Shown here one piece after another: positions 1 to 9,889 of a stretch of 64,000 nucleotides of DNA. A program made the position numbers and the translations under genes. The DNA is taken from assembly GCA_965205025.1 (NCBI GenBank), contig CBDBFU010000020.1, positions 256,001 to 320,000 on the forward strand, written 5' to 3'. The notes beneath the pieces were generated by a model. It searched no databases. It was not told the origin of the DNA and saw only the letters and a list, made by a program, of their open reading frames with translations. The stretch is from Candidatus Poribacteria bacterium (GTDB lineage: Bacteria; Poribacteria; WGA-4E; WGA-3G). Every line of letters begins with the position of its first letter. Position 1 is the stretch's first letter.

Positions 1-926
1 TAAATAGGATCTTTACGATGGGTAATTGCAGTAATCCGATAAACTGGATATTCATCTGGCATTGAATAAAATCCAGTATGATCACCAAATGGTCCTTCAA
101 TGCAAGTTTCATCTGGTTCAATAAATCCTTCTATGACAATGTCTGCTTCTGCGGGTACCATCATGTCGATTGTCTTAGCTGGAACCATTTCTACGTTTGC
201 CTTTCTTAGGAAACCAGCAAATAACAGCTCATCAATTCCTGATGGTAAAGGAGCAGTACCAATGTATGACATAATTGGATCACCTCCAATTGCGATTGCA
301 ACTGGCATCTGTTCTCCTGCTTGTTTATATTCACGATGATGTGCTGCCCCATCATGGTGTATTTGCCAATGCATTGCTAAAGCATGAGGATTTAGTTTTT
401 GTAGTCTATAGGTTCCAACGTTTCTCTGTCCGGAGTGTAAACTATGGGTGAATACTTGGGGTAAAGTAATATATTTATCAGCATCCAATGGCCAACATTT
501 AATAAGTGGCAACCTGTCCAGAGAGGCATCTTCTCCCGTTAAAACAACATCCTGAGAAGCTCCACGTTTAACGTTTTTAGGTGGAAAGTTAGTCAATTGA
601 GACAGTATTCTCAGCATTTTGACTTTATCTAAGAGAGATTCTGGTGGACCGATCTTTATCATACCCTCTATCTCGTAAGCGATACGAGATAGATCGTCAA
701 CTCCAAGTGCCATTGCCATACGCGAATATGAACCGTAAGTATTTATTAACAATGGCATCTCACTACCTTCAACGTTCTCAAACAGTAATGCTGGTCCCTC
801 AGATTTGCTAATGCGATCAGTGATTTCTGTTATCTCAAGATCTGGAGACACTTCAGTTTTTATTCGTTTTAATTCCCCTGCTCGATCAAGTGCTTTAACA
901 AAATCTCTAAGACTGTCGTATGCCAT
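1..926 (-). CDS. UbiD-family (prenylated-FMN) decarboxylase; 3' end lies outside the window
   Basis: Not in the ORF track. Manual translation from ATG at 926 gives MAYDSLRDFVKALDRAGELKRI..., with AAGGAGG RBS upstream. Later UbiD-type segments include NVGTYRLQ, MHWQIHHDGA and EGPFGDHTGFY. Confidence 0.88.
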   Translation of the reverse strand, partial: MAYDSLRDFVKALDRAGELKRIKTEVSPDLEITEITDRISKSEGPALLFENVEGSEMPLLINTYGSYSRMAMALGVDDLSRIAYEIEGMIKIGPPESLLDKVKMLRILSQLTNFPPKNVKRGASQDVVLTGEDASLDRLPLIKCWPLDADKYITLPQVFTHSLHSGQRNVGTYRLQKLNPHALAMHWQIHHDGAAHHREYKQAGEQMPVAIAIGGDPIMSYIGTAPLPSGIDELLFAGFLRKANVEMVPAKTIDMMVPAEADIVIEGFIEPDETCIEGPFGDHTGFYSMPDEYPVYRITAITHRKDPI

Positions 927-981
927 TAACCCCTCCTTTGTAATATATCAACGAAGTACTATTACACACCATAGTGTAATT

Positions 982-2801
982 TTATTTCTTTAATATCTGT
1001 TTTAACCCTTCTTGATAGATCAGGTTATTTGGTTCAATTTCAAGTGCTTTTCTAATAGATTCTTCTGCAGTCACCCGATCACCCATCTTGTAGGATATAA
1101 TCGCAAGGGTATTATAATAACTGGCAATTGAAGAATCTAACTCAATCGCAGTGTTAGCATAGGAAATCGCTTTCTGCAATTCGACTTTACGCTGGTTTTC
1201 CTGTTTTCTCATATCTGCTATATTAGTTGTTAGTTGAGCCAATGCATTATATGACTTAGCTGTACCCGCATTGAGATAAGCAGACATAGCTTTATTTACA
1301 TTATTCAACTTTTCATTTAGTTCTCCAATAATAAAATAGGTCTCAGGTAAAAAAGTATTTTGCAAATTCAAAATATCAGAACCCTTTGTACCCAAATCCA
1401 GCATACTCTTACCTATTTCGACTGCTTTATAAAGAGATGACAACGCCTTTGAATATTTCTCTAAATTGGCATAAGAGATTCCTATGTTATGATACAACTC
1501 TGCATCGTTAGGATTTTATAGCAATTGATGCTTGAAAAGCTGAAATAGCTTCTGAATATAATTGTTGAGTCATACGAATCAGACCTATTTTCTTATATGA
1601 TTCGGCTTTAACAGATAAATTACGATTCTCAGAATTATTTCCACTTAAGGAGATTGCTTGTCGATAATGCTTCAATGCCAATTCATAGTTCTGTTGCATC
1701 AAATAGGTTAACCCAAGGGATGCATGTGCATTAGCAAATTCTGGATTCAACGCCAATGCATTTTTCTGCGATTGTATTGCTTCAGGAAACCTTTTTAACA
1801 TAGTATAAGCAATCCCAATCCCGTTATGTGCTTCTACCACTTTAGGATTCAATCCAATTGCCTTTTCATATTCTAATACAGCCTTTTCATATTCATTTAA
1901 ATTAAGATAATATCTCGCTATATTTGCTTGTATTTTGGCTTTCTCATTCTGATTATTTGTTCTTTGGAATGTGCCTTTTAACTTATTCAATGGTTCAATA
2001 ACTGTCTGCCGTTCTTTAAATAAACGCATTTTTTCTCGAGCAGCATCTCTATTCCCATTTTGTAAATGTACCTGAGATAAGTTATAGAGTGATTGAATTA
2101 ATTCAGCATCCTCTGAGTAAGATTTTTCATAGGCATTAATTGAATCATTATACCTTTTGTCTTGAGCATATAATAAACCTAATTGATAATATGCTTCGGC
2201 AAAATTAGGACGGAAAGAAACAGCCTTTTCTTGATATTTAATCGCCATCAATGTATTTCCAAGTTTGCTATATAAGTTACCTAACTGGTGTAATATCATG
2301 GCATCTTTTGGTACAATGTCTGAAGCTGTTTCATACCTCTTTAATGCTTCATTGTAACGATGTAATTGAGATAATGCTGCTCCATAAGCAGCATGAATAT
2401 GACCGTGATTAGGATTATATTGAATTGCTTTCTTATATGCTTTTATAGCATCATCATATTTTTCAAGTCCAGCATATGATAAACCTAAACCGTAATAAGC
2501 TTGAACAAGAGTTTCTGCATTTTTTTGACATGTCTGATTCAGTGTTAATTATATACTGATATTCTATAGACCCAGACCTGTAATTCTCAATCTTCATAAA
2601 TATCTGTGCTAATTCCAATCTTAATTCTGTCTGATGTGGATTCAAAGAAAGTTGTCTTTGAAGAGAATCTATTTTATCTATAATTGATAGATTCTTGATA
2701 TCTTGACACCATCCAAGGGATGAACTAAGAAATGGATAACATATTGTCAATATGGTAAACCCTAATACGATTAGACTTTTTAGATCATTACATTTAATCA
2801 T
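982..2801 (-). CDS. Secreted multi-TPR protein, split into three ORFs by two single-base frameshifts (probably one gene)
   Basis: ORFs 2463-2801, 1508-2299 and 982-1497 all carry TPR repeats (e.g. AEAYYQLGLLY, EAHNGIGIAY). The breaks fall at T7 2520-2526 and T4 1514-1517. N-terminal signal peptide. Confidence 0.8.
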
Positions 2802-2823
2802 AATATTCTTTAGATATATAGAT

Positions 2824-2860
2824 AAAAGGGAGGCGTTTAATACTCTAAAACGCCTCCCTT
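2824..2860 (-). terminator. Rho-independent terminator downstream of the DUF1080-like gene pair
   Basis: 13-bp perfect stem aagggaggcgttt (2826-2838) / aaacgcctccctt (2848-2860), ending in a T-run on the minus strand. Confidence 0.75.
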
Positions 2861-2901
2861 AATAAGTTAAAATCTATAGTTGAGATACAATAATTGCGAA
2901 T

Positions 2902-3564
2902 CTAATGACGACCTTTGATTCGCCCCCAAGTTGTGGTTACTTTATCCAGAGGTTCAACAGGAACTCCTTGCCCTTCAATTTCATCACCCGAGACTTGGAA
3001 GTCATCAAAACTTGCTGCTGTTTGCCATCCCCACACGCCAGCTTGTCCAGCACCATACACATCATCTTTTACTTCACCTTGGAATTCACCATCAATTGTA
3101 AGACTGAAAGTATCACCTTCAACGGTAACTTTCATTTCATACCATTTACCGTTTTCAATTGTTACATTTTCTGCTGGAAGCTGTCCCCGATTATCTCGTG
3201 CAGTCCAACCCCCTGTCTTATGTCGCCAAAATTCAGTTTTGTTGTTTGGAACATTTAGATAAAAGACATAATACTCCATTTCACTTTTTGCACGAACTAT
3301 TAAACCTGCCCAATTCCCTGAATCAAGACGAACTTTCGCCTCTACTGTATAATTCTTCCAACCCGTATCTCCCACGAGAGAATGTTCAGCTTGAGCACCT
3401 AATGTAAGTTGGTAACTACCATCGTTCAGACCCCATGTTCCATTAGACACCTTCCACCCATCCGCATGAGAGTCAAATGTCCATAGTTGATCACCAGCAT
3501 AACCGAGTGTAGTTGCGAATGCAATTAGCACAAATACAATGAAAATCGAAAATTTCAATTTCAT
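2902..3564 (-). CDS. Secreted concanavalin-A/DUF1080-like beta-sandwich protein with C-terminal WGRIK tail
   Basis: Signal peptide; WxNYTVEAKVR..AGLIVRA..W..MKV.VEGD..FDDF pattern; ends VEPLDKVTTTWGRIKGRH. Confidence 0.75.
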   Translation of the reverse strand: MKLKFSIFIVFVLIAFATTLGYAGDQLWTFDSHADGWKVSNGTWGLNDGSYQLTLGAQAEHSLVGDTGWKNYTVEAKVRLDSGNWAGLIVRAKSEMEYYVFYLNVPNNKTEFWRHKTGGWTARDNRGQLPAENVTIENGKWYEMKVTVEGDTFSLTIDGEFQGEVKDDVYGAGQAGVWGWQTAASFDDFQVSGDEIEGQGVPVEPLDKVTTTWGRIKGRH

Positions 3565-3600
3565 AAATTCTCCTTAATCAATAAATAATAAATACAACTC

Positions 3601-4284
3601 TTATCGCGATTCTTTCAAACTTCCCCAAGTAGTTGTAAGTTTGCTTTTAGGATTCACATCCAATGTATCTACTATGTTTTTACCAGTTACAGTAAAATCA
3701 TCAAAACTGACACCAGTATCCCAACCCCATACTCCTACTTGACCTTTACCATAATCACCGTTTGTATCTTCGCTCTGTTTCTCATCATTTAGAAAATATG
3801 TAAATGAATCACCACTGACTTCTATTTTCATATCCATCCATTTTCCGTTTTCAATTTTCACATTACCAACAGCTGGGATTTGTTTCAAGTTCTGTCGTGA
3901 ATCCCAATTCGGTTTTGTATGTTTCCAAAGCTCTGTCTTATTGTTAGGAACATTCAGATAGTAGACATAGTATTCATGCTCACTCTGTGCACGGAAAACA
4001 AGACCACCCCAGTTTCCAGCATCAAGTCGGACCTTCGCCTCAATAGTATAGTCATCCCAATCTTCCTCACCGACGAGGGAATGCTCAGCCTGAGCACCTT
4101 TTTGTAATTTATAAATACCATCAGTAACGGACCAATTACCATTTGCAACTTTCCATCCTTCAGCATCTTTATTAAAATCCCAAAGTTGTGTACCTGCATA
4201 TGAGTGGATTGTGATTAGTGTACAACTAAAAACTAAAACGCAAAGAATACAAATTCTCCTAAAAATAATATAATTTTTCATCAT
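3601..4284 (-). CDS. Paralogous secreted DUF1080-like beta-sandwich protein with C-terminal WGSLK tail
   Basis: Visibly similar to 2902-3564 (shared GAQAEHSLVG, EAKVRLD, FYLNVPNNKTE/YYLNVPNNKTE, GVWGW); ends VNPKSKLTTTWGSLKESR. Confidence 0.75.
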   Translation of the reverse strand: MMKNYIIFRRICILCVLVFSCTLITIHSYAGTQLWDFNKDAEGWKVANGNWSVTDGIYKLQKGAQAEHSLVGEEDWDDYTIEAKVRLDAGNWGGLVFRAQSEHEYYVYYLNVPNNKTELWKHTKPNWDSRQNLKQIPAVGNVKIENGKWMDMKIEVSGDSFTYFLNDEKQSEDTNGDYGKGQVGVWGWDTGVSFDDFTVTGKNIVDTLDVNPKSKLTTTWGSLKESR

Positions 4285-4356
4285 ACTAATTCACCTCTAC
4301 TTTGTTATTTCTTAAATCCATCTTTGTTCATACAAAGAAGGTCTAATTGAGTTAAT

Positions 4357-4385
4357 AGAATATGCATTACGAGGAAAAAAGTCAA
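4357..4385 (-). promoter_or_regulatory. Sigma70-type promoter for the DUF1080-like pair
   Basis: TTGACT-17 bp-TATTCT on the minus strand, about 70 bp upstream of the start at 4284. Confidence 0.5.
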
Positions 4386-4594
4386 CAAGAAAAGTCTATG
4401 TCAAATTAAGACTATATCTCAGGTATTTAATTGAGTAAATATCCGTCATATCTATTCTATTTTAAATTGTTGCAAAATTTGGATACTCACGTTGGCGTGT
4501 AACGCATTTTTTAAATGATTCCGATATAATATACAGCTCAAATCGTCACAACGCAAAATCTAAATCTACCCTTTCCAGTATTGATACCATCGTA

Positions 4595-5200
4595 TTAAAC
4601 CTGTCCGCCAAATGCGGTCTCAAAACGTTGTCTAAGTATATCAGGACTCGTATGCATATAGATGAGTGTGGCATCCAAGCTGGAATGTCCTAATGCAATA
4701 CGTACCGATTCTAAGTCATTTGTTGCCCGGTATAATTCAGTACCAAAAGTGTGTCGTAAGTCGTGAGGTGTAAATCTAAGACCTAACATGTTTGATGCTG
4801 CTTCCATAATCCGTTGAAAATCTCTTGGTGCTAATCGATTCTTCGTGCGTAATGTGCAGAATAATGGACTTTCTAATCTATCTTCTTCTCCGCGCTCCAT
4901 TTTCCAGTCTATAAATACTCTAAATGCATCCCTTACGTCATTCACGAGAGGAATTCTTCTTGATACTTTATTCTTTGCGATTTCTGCCCGAACTTCTAAG
5001 GTTGTAACAATGTTACCAAATTTTAGGATATCACCAATATTCATCCCACATGCTTCTGAATTTCTAAGACCTGTTCTCAGACAGAAATGTACCAACATTC
5101 TATCTCGTTCTCTATTTTTTAGTGCATCCAATAGTACTTGTTGTTGTAATTCATCCAGAACTCGGGGTTGTAGTATTTTTCTTCTTTTCGTTTTTTCCAT
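4595..5200 (-). CDS. Tyrosine recombinase, catalytic domain only (about 200 aa, FimB/FimE-like size)
   Basis: Catalytic R (TGLRNSE), K (IAKNK), HxxR (HDLRH), LGH and terminal Y (TLIY) are all present. No N-terminal arm or core-binding domain. Confidence 0.9.
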   Translation of the reverse strand: MEKTKRRKILQPRVLDELQQQVLLDALKNRERDRMLVHFCLRTGLRNSEACGMNIGDILKFGNIVTTLEVRAEIAKNKVSRRIPLVNDVRDAFRVFIDWKMERGEEDRLESPLFCTLRTKNRLAPRDFQRIMEAASNMLGLRFTPHDLRHTFGTELYRATNDLESVRIALGHSSLDATLIYMHTSPDILRQRFETAFGGQV

Positions 5201-5264
5201 TTACGGTCTCCATCAGAATTTTGCCATGTTCGATTGTAACATGTATGATTAAAATGGTCAATAT

Positions 5265-5300
5265 TTTAATGACGCTTTGCACGTACAATACGTCATTAAA
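5265..5300. promoter_or_regulatory. Imperfect palindrome (15-bp arms, 6-bp spacer) upstream of the recombinase; candidate recombination core site or operator
   Basis: tttaatgacgctttg-cacgta-caatacgtcattaaa; the arms are 13/15 complementary. Confidence 0.45.
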
Positions 5301-5354
5301 TGCTGGTATAGTTACACTTTATATCATGTTATTCCGATTCTCTACAATTAATTT

Positions 5355-5507
5355 GAGAACCATCTATTTTTGAGAACCATCTATTTTTGAGAACCATCTA
5401 TTTTTGAGAACCATCTATTTTTGAGAACCATCTATTTTTGAGAACCATCTATTTTTGAGAACCATCTATTTTTGAGAACCATCTATTTTTGAGAACCATC
5501 TATTTTT
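5355..5507. repeat. Perfect tandem array of 9 x 17 bp (gagaaccatctattttt)
   Basis: Units start at 5355, 5372, 5389, 5406, 5423, 5440, 5457, 5474 and 5491; no spacers. Confidence 0.97.
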
Positions 5508-5697
5508 GAAAAATGTTGAATTAGTAGTTGGGATGATGTATTCTTATAAAACTACAACCTGCTATATAATTTTTGATTGAATAGATTCACTTCTCTCAAT
5601 TATCTGTAGATAGTTCTGTATTTTATAATACTTGCTGAATTCAATTTAAAAATTTATATTGTTACCTTTAATATACGTATATTATGGAGGAAGATTC

Positions 5698-6699
5698 TTG
5701 CTTAAGAAATTGTTGTGTATAATACCTGTATTAATTCTCTATAGCTCTATGTCGAATGTCCATTCTGCAAAAATTAATGTAGGGTTAATTTATGATGTGC
5801 GCGGTAGAGGAGATCTTTCATTTTGTGACGCTGCTTATGCTGGAGCAGAAAAAGCATCTAAAAAATGGGATATCAGAATCAAAGAAGTTAACCCTGGTCA
5901 AAGTACTGACATTGAAAGAGCTGTACGAGGCTTAGCAAAACTAAACTATAATTTAATCATTGGAGTCGGATTTCTATTCCGTGAACCCATGAATCGAGTT
6001 GCTGGTGACTTCCCAAATACTAATTTTGTTCTGATTGATGCTGAAGCAAATCCCTCAAATGTCGCTTCATTAATATATAAAGCACACGAAGGTACATTTC
6101 TCGCTGGGATAATAGCATCAATGAAAACTGATACTATGAAAGTTGGGTTTATTGGGGGAATGAAGATTCCTCTGGTTGAAGCATTTGAAATTGGGTATGA
6201 AGCAGGGATTAAGACTATTAATCCAAAGGTTGTACTACTCTCTAATTATGTTGGTGTCACACCCCAAGCATTTGATGATCCTGCAAAAGGAAAAGAGTTA
6301 GCTCTATCACAATATAAGAAAGGTGTGGATATTATTCTTGCTGCTGCAGGAGCAAGCGGATTAGGGGTTCTTGAAGCTGCAAAAGAGACAAAGAAATATA
6401 TTATATGGGTAGATTCAAATGGAAATAGTCTTGCTCCAGGTTTAGTTCTTACGAGTATAATTAAAGGTGTAGAATTATCCGTTTATCAATCTATTGAAAA
6501 TGTCGTCAATGGGACTTTTTCCGGGGGACTTAAAAGTTATGGGTTAAAAGAGGGTGGAGTCGAGTATATTGTTGATCATGTAAATAAGGATTTACTATCT
6601 AATACGATCATTCAGAAGGTTGAAGAATATAAATCAAAAATAATTGCTGGTGATATTAAGGTACCCAGTCAACGTAAACAGAATAAGAAGGGAATAAGT
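5698..6699 (+). CDS. BMP/PnrA-family (nucleoside ABC-type) substrate-binding protein; reads in frame into the next gene
   Basis: GRGDLSFCDAA, KVGFIGGM, FDDPAKGKELA, AAAGASGLG, WVDSN motifs. GGAGG RBS before TTG at 5698. Confidence 0.8.
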
Positions 6700-7660
6700 G
6701 TGGATAAGCTAACAATTGTTGTCCCAGGAGATTCTCCACCCCAAATTCAAGGATCACCACATTTGGAACGATTAAAACCATACGGGAATGTTGTAGTTTA
6801 TACAGATCGTCCAAAAAATGCAGTAGAGAAAATCCAACGAGCAGAGAATGCCGATATTCTGATTAATTCACGAGGAATGGTAAAATGGCAATACGATGTA
6901 TTACCGTTCTTACCAAAACTGAAATTAATTTCATTATGTTCTATTGGTACTGATATGATTGCACTTGATGAAGCTAAGAAGAGAGGCATAGTGGTTTGTA
7001 ATCAACCGGGACGAACAGCACCTGTTGTCGCAGAACATAGTTTTGGTTTGATGTTTGCCCTTGCAAAACGCGCTGCATTTATGACCTCTTCATTAAAAAA
7101 TGGAAATTGGCCACGAATGGATAATGTGTATCTACAAGGTAAAACATTAGGTATCATTGGAACAGGACATATTGGGGCTGAAATGGCACGTCTTGGGAAT
7201 GCTATTGGTATGAATGTTGTAGGCTGGACCTATCATCCGTCAGACGAACGTGCAAAAAAGTTGGGGATTCGATATGTTGATTTCGATGATCTACTTAGAA
7301 TCTCTGATGTTGTTAGCCTACATGTAAAACTTACAGAAGAGAGTATACATTTAATAGGGGAGAATGAATTATCTATAATGAAGCCAAATGCACTAATTAT
7401 TAATGTTGCTCGCGGGGAAAGTAATTGATGTCGATGCTCTTATTCTATCACTAAATAATGGTGATATTGGTGGGGCAGCTATAGATGTGTATGATCAAGA
7501 ACCATTACCAGATAATCATCCGCTGTTAACATGTGAACATGTGATTTTAACTCCACATTGTGCAGATATGACACCTGAAGGTGTTGATCTTCTAAATGAA
7601 GGTGCTGTAGATAATATCATTGCTTTTTTGGAAGGTTCACCTATAAATGTTGTTGTGTAA
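6700..7660 (+). CDS. D-isomer-specific 2-hydroxyacid dehydrogenase (SerA-like), with a frameshift at G4 7414-7417
   Basis: GTG at 6700 with AAGAAGGGA upstream. GKTLGIIGTGHIG and INVARG in frame 1; DVYDQEP and TPHCA continue in ORF 7403-7660. Confidence 0.82.
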
Positions 7661-7674
7661 TATAAAAGGTATTC

Positions 7675-9738
7675 ATGGATTCCTCAAAAAATAATTCAGC
7701 TCTACCAAAGACATATAGTAAGATCGGCGTTGATACCGGTGGTACATTCACAGATATTGTTCTATCTCACGGAACTTCTCTATATACACATAAGGTGGTG
7801 TCCACACCAAATAATCCCGCACATGCCGTCATAAATGGTGTAAATGAGATCTGTAGTTTGTATGGTGAAATGAAAATAAATGAAATCCAGATAATCCATG
7901 GTTCTACTGTGGCAATCAACGCTTTGTTGGAAAGAAAAGGTGCACGAATTGCTCTTGTTACGACAAAAGGGTTTGAGGATGTATTGGAAATTGGAAGACA
8001 GTCGCGTTCTGACCTATACGATTTATATGTTGACCGTCCAAAACAACTAATTCCTTCTGAACTACGTTTCGGAATCACAGAAAGGACATTATATACAGGA
8101 AAAATACAGACTGAAATCCAAAAAGATGAATTTGATTCATTGACTGAAACACTCAACAAGTTAGATTTAGATGCTATTGCGATCTGCTTTTTGTTCTCCT
8201 ATGTCAATCCAAAAAATGAGCAGATTGCAGCTGAATATCTCACAAAACTAAATTTACCAATCTCATGCTCACATCAAATCCTTCCTGAATATAGAGAATA
8301 TGCGCGTTTTAGTACAACAGTTGCCAGTGCTTATGTACGTCCAACATTAGAGAAACATCTAAATACACTTACTGATTCAGATAGATTCGCGTCCTCTCTC
8401 AAGTTAATGCTTTCAAATGGAGGTTGTGTATCTTCAAATAATATTGAATCCTCTGGAATACAAACACTATTATCTGGTCCAGCAGGTGGCGTGATAGGTG
8501 CATATCACATAGCAAAAACTGCTGGATATAATAGGATAATATCTTTTGATATGGGTGGTACTTCTACGGATGTAAGTTTATGCAATGAAGATATATCATT
8601 AACATCTGAAAATACAATAAGTGGTATACCAATTAAATTACCATTAATTGATATACATACTGTTGGTGCAGGTGGTGGGTCTATTGCTATACTTGATTCA
8701 GGAGGTGCTTTACGAGTTGGACCAGAAAGTTCTGGTGCAGTTCCTGGTCCAGTATGTTATGATCGGGGTGGTGAAGATATTACTGTAACAGATGCAAATC
8801 TATTCCTTGGTCGTATTTCAGCAAAATACTTCTTAAACGGTAAAATGTCTCTCTCAACTGATAAGACAAATAATAAGATAGAAGAATTCTCAAATAGAAT
8901 TGGTATTTCACCAATCAAGACTGCTGAAGGAATCCTTCAAATTGCAAATTCTACAATGGTAAGTGCTATCAAAGTCATTTCTGTTGAACGAGGTTACGAT
9001 TGTAGAGATTTTACTCTTGTTTCTTTTGGAGGTGCTGGTGGTTTACATGCAGCATTTCTCGCTGAAAACCTTGGTATACAGACAATACTAATCCCTCCAA
9101 ACGGAGGATTGTTATCTGCCTATGGAATGCTCTATGCAAATGTCATTAAGGATTATTCTCAAACGATTCTCCTACAAATCAAGTCAAAAAAGATAGATGA
9201 AATTGATGAAATTGTCGGACAACTTAGAGAAGGGATGGAAGAATTATTACGCCGAGCACTTGATGATATGGAATATGAAGGATATGACTTCTCTCAGTTA
9301 AATATCCTACGAACCCTTGATATTCGTTATTCTGGACAATCCTATGAATTGAATGTACCTTTTACTGAAGATAGTGTTGATTTCATAGATAAATTTCACT
9401 CAATACATAAGATACGGTTTAGTTATTCTCATCCTGATGCCATGGTAGAAGTGGTTAACCTACGATTATCTGCAATCAAGGAAACCGAAAAACCAAGAAC
9501 GATTTCTGAACCACTAATTAAAGAAATGCCTTTAAATGCATTAATTGATGAGAAATCAGTGGTCTTTGACAATGAGATGTATGATACCAAATTTTATCGT
9601 CGCGAGGAATTGTTACCTGGAAATAGTATTGATGGTCCTGCGATTATCACAGAATTTAGTGCTACAAGTGTTGTTCCACCGAGTTTTTATATCAATGTAG
9701 ATGCATATAGAAATATCATCATGAAAACTAAATCATAA
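7675..9738 (+). CDS. Hydantoinase/5-oxoprolinase subunit A (HyuA-like)
   Basis: IGVDTGGTFTD, HGSTVAINALLE, SGPAGG, DMGGTSTD, IHTVGAGGGS, FGGAGGLH motifs. Confidence 0.9.
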   Translation: MDSSKNNSALPKTYSKIGVDTGGTFTDIVLSHGTSLYTHKVVSTPNNPAHAVINGVNEICSLYGEMKINEIQIIHGSTVAINALLERKGARIALVTTKGFEDVLEIGRQSRSDLYDLYVDRPKQLIPSELRFGITERTLYTGKIQTEIQKDEFDSLTETLNKLDLDAIAICFLFSYVNPKNEQIAAEYLTKLNLPISCSHQILPEYREYARFSTTVASAYVRPTLEKHLNTLTDSDRFASSLKLMLSNGGCVSSNNIESSGIQTLLSGPAGGVIGAYHIAKTAGYNRIISFDMGGTSTDVSLCNEDISLTSENTISGIPIKLPLIDIHTVGAGGGSIAILDSGGALRVGPESSGAVPGPVCYDRGGEDITVTDANLFLGRISAKYFLNGKMSLSTDKTNNKIEEFSNRIGISPIKTAEGILQIANSTMVSAIKVISVERGYDCRDFTLVSFGGAGGLHAAFLAENLGIQTILIPPNGGLLSAYGMLYANVIKDYSQTILLQIKSKKIDEIDEIVGQLREGMEELLRRALDDMEYEGYDFSQLNILRTLDIRYSGQSYELNVPFTEDSVDFIDKFHSIHKIRFSYSHPDAMVEVVNLRLSAIKETEKPRTISEPLIKEMPLNALIDEKSVVFDNEMYDTKFYRREELLPGNSIDGPAIITEFSATSVVPPSFYINVDAYRNIIMKTKS

Positions 9739-9777
9739 TCACAGTCAATTGTTTAGCGACTTAATCAATATATGAAT

Positions 9778-9806
9778 TTGACATATACAATTAGGTGTGT
9801 TAGGAT
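9778..9806 (+). promoter_or_regulatory. Sigma70-type promoter for the LamG gene
   Basis: TTGACA-17 bp-TAGGAT. Confidence 0.55.
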
Positions 9807-9889
9807 TTACCTATTCTATCTATAGTAAGTATAGGATATGGAATTCTATCAAACAGTCTGGTCAAATCATTTAAGTAAGGAGTTAAATC

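Noticed and set aside
100-339. Short antisense ORFs in the track (e.g. 100-339, 2905-3258, 4845-5252, 52342-53001, 54695-55246)
   Set aside because: They lie opposite well-supported genes and carry no motifs; they are shadow ORFs.
4595-5200. Prophage or ICE integrase
   Set aside because: No arm-binding domain, no adjacent tRNA or att duplication, and no phage or conjugation genes.
5355-5507. CRISPR array
   Set aside because: Units are contiguous 17-mers with no spacers, and there are no cas genes in the window.
5200-5700. Chromosomal replication origin at the strand divergence
   Set aside because: No dnaA and no cluster of DnaA boxes was seen, and gene orientation flips several more times in the window.
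7675-9738. Missing hydantoinase B partner as a novelty
   Set aside because: Split operons are common in this window; subunit B may simply be elsewhere in the genome.
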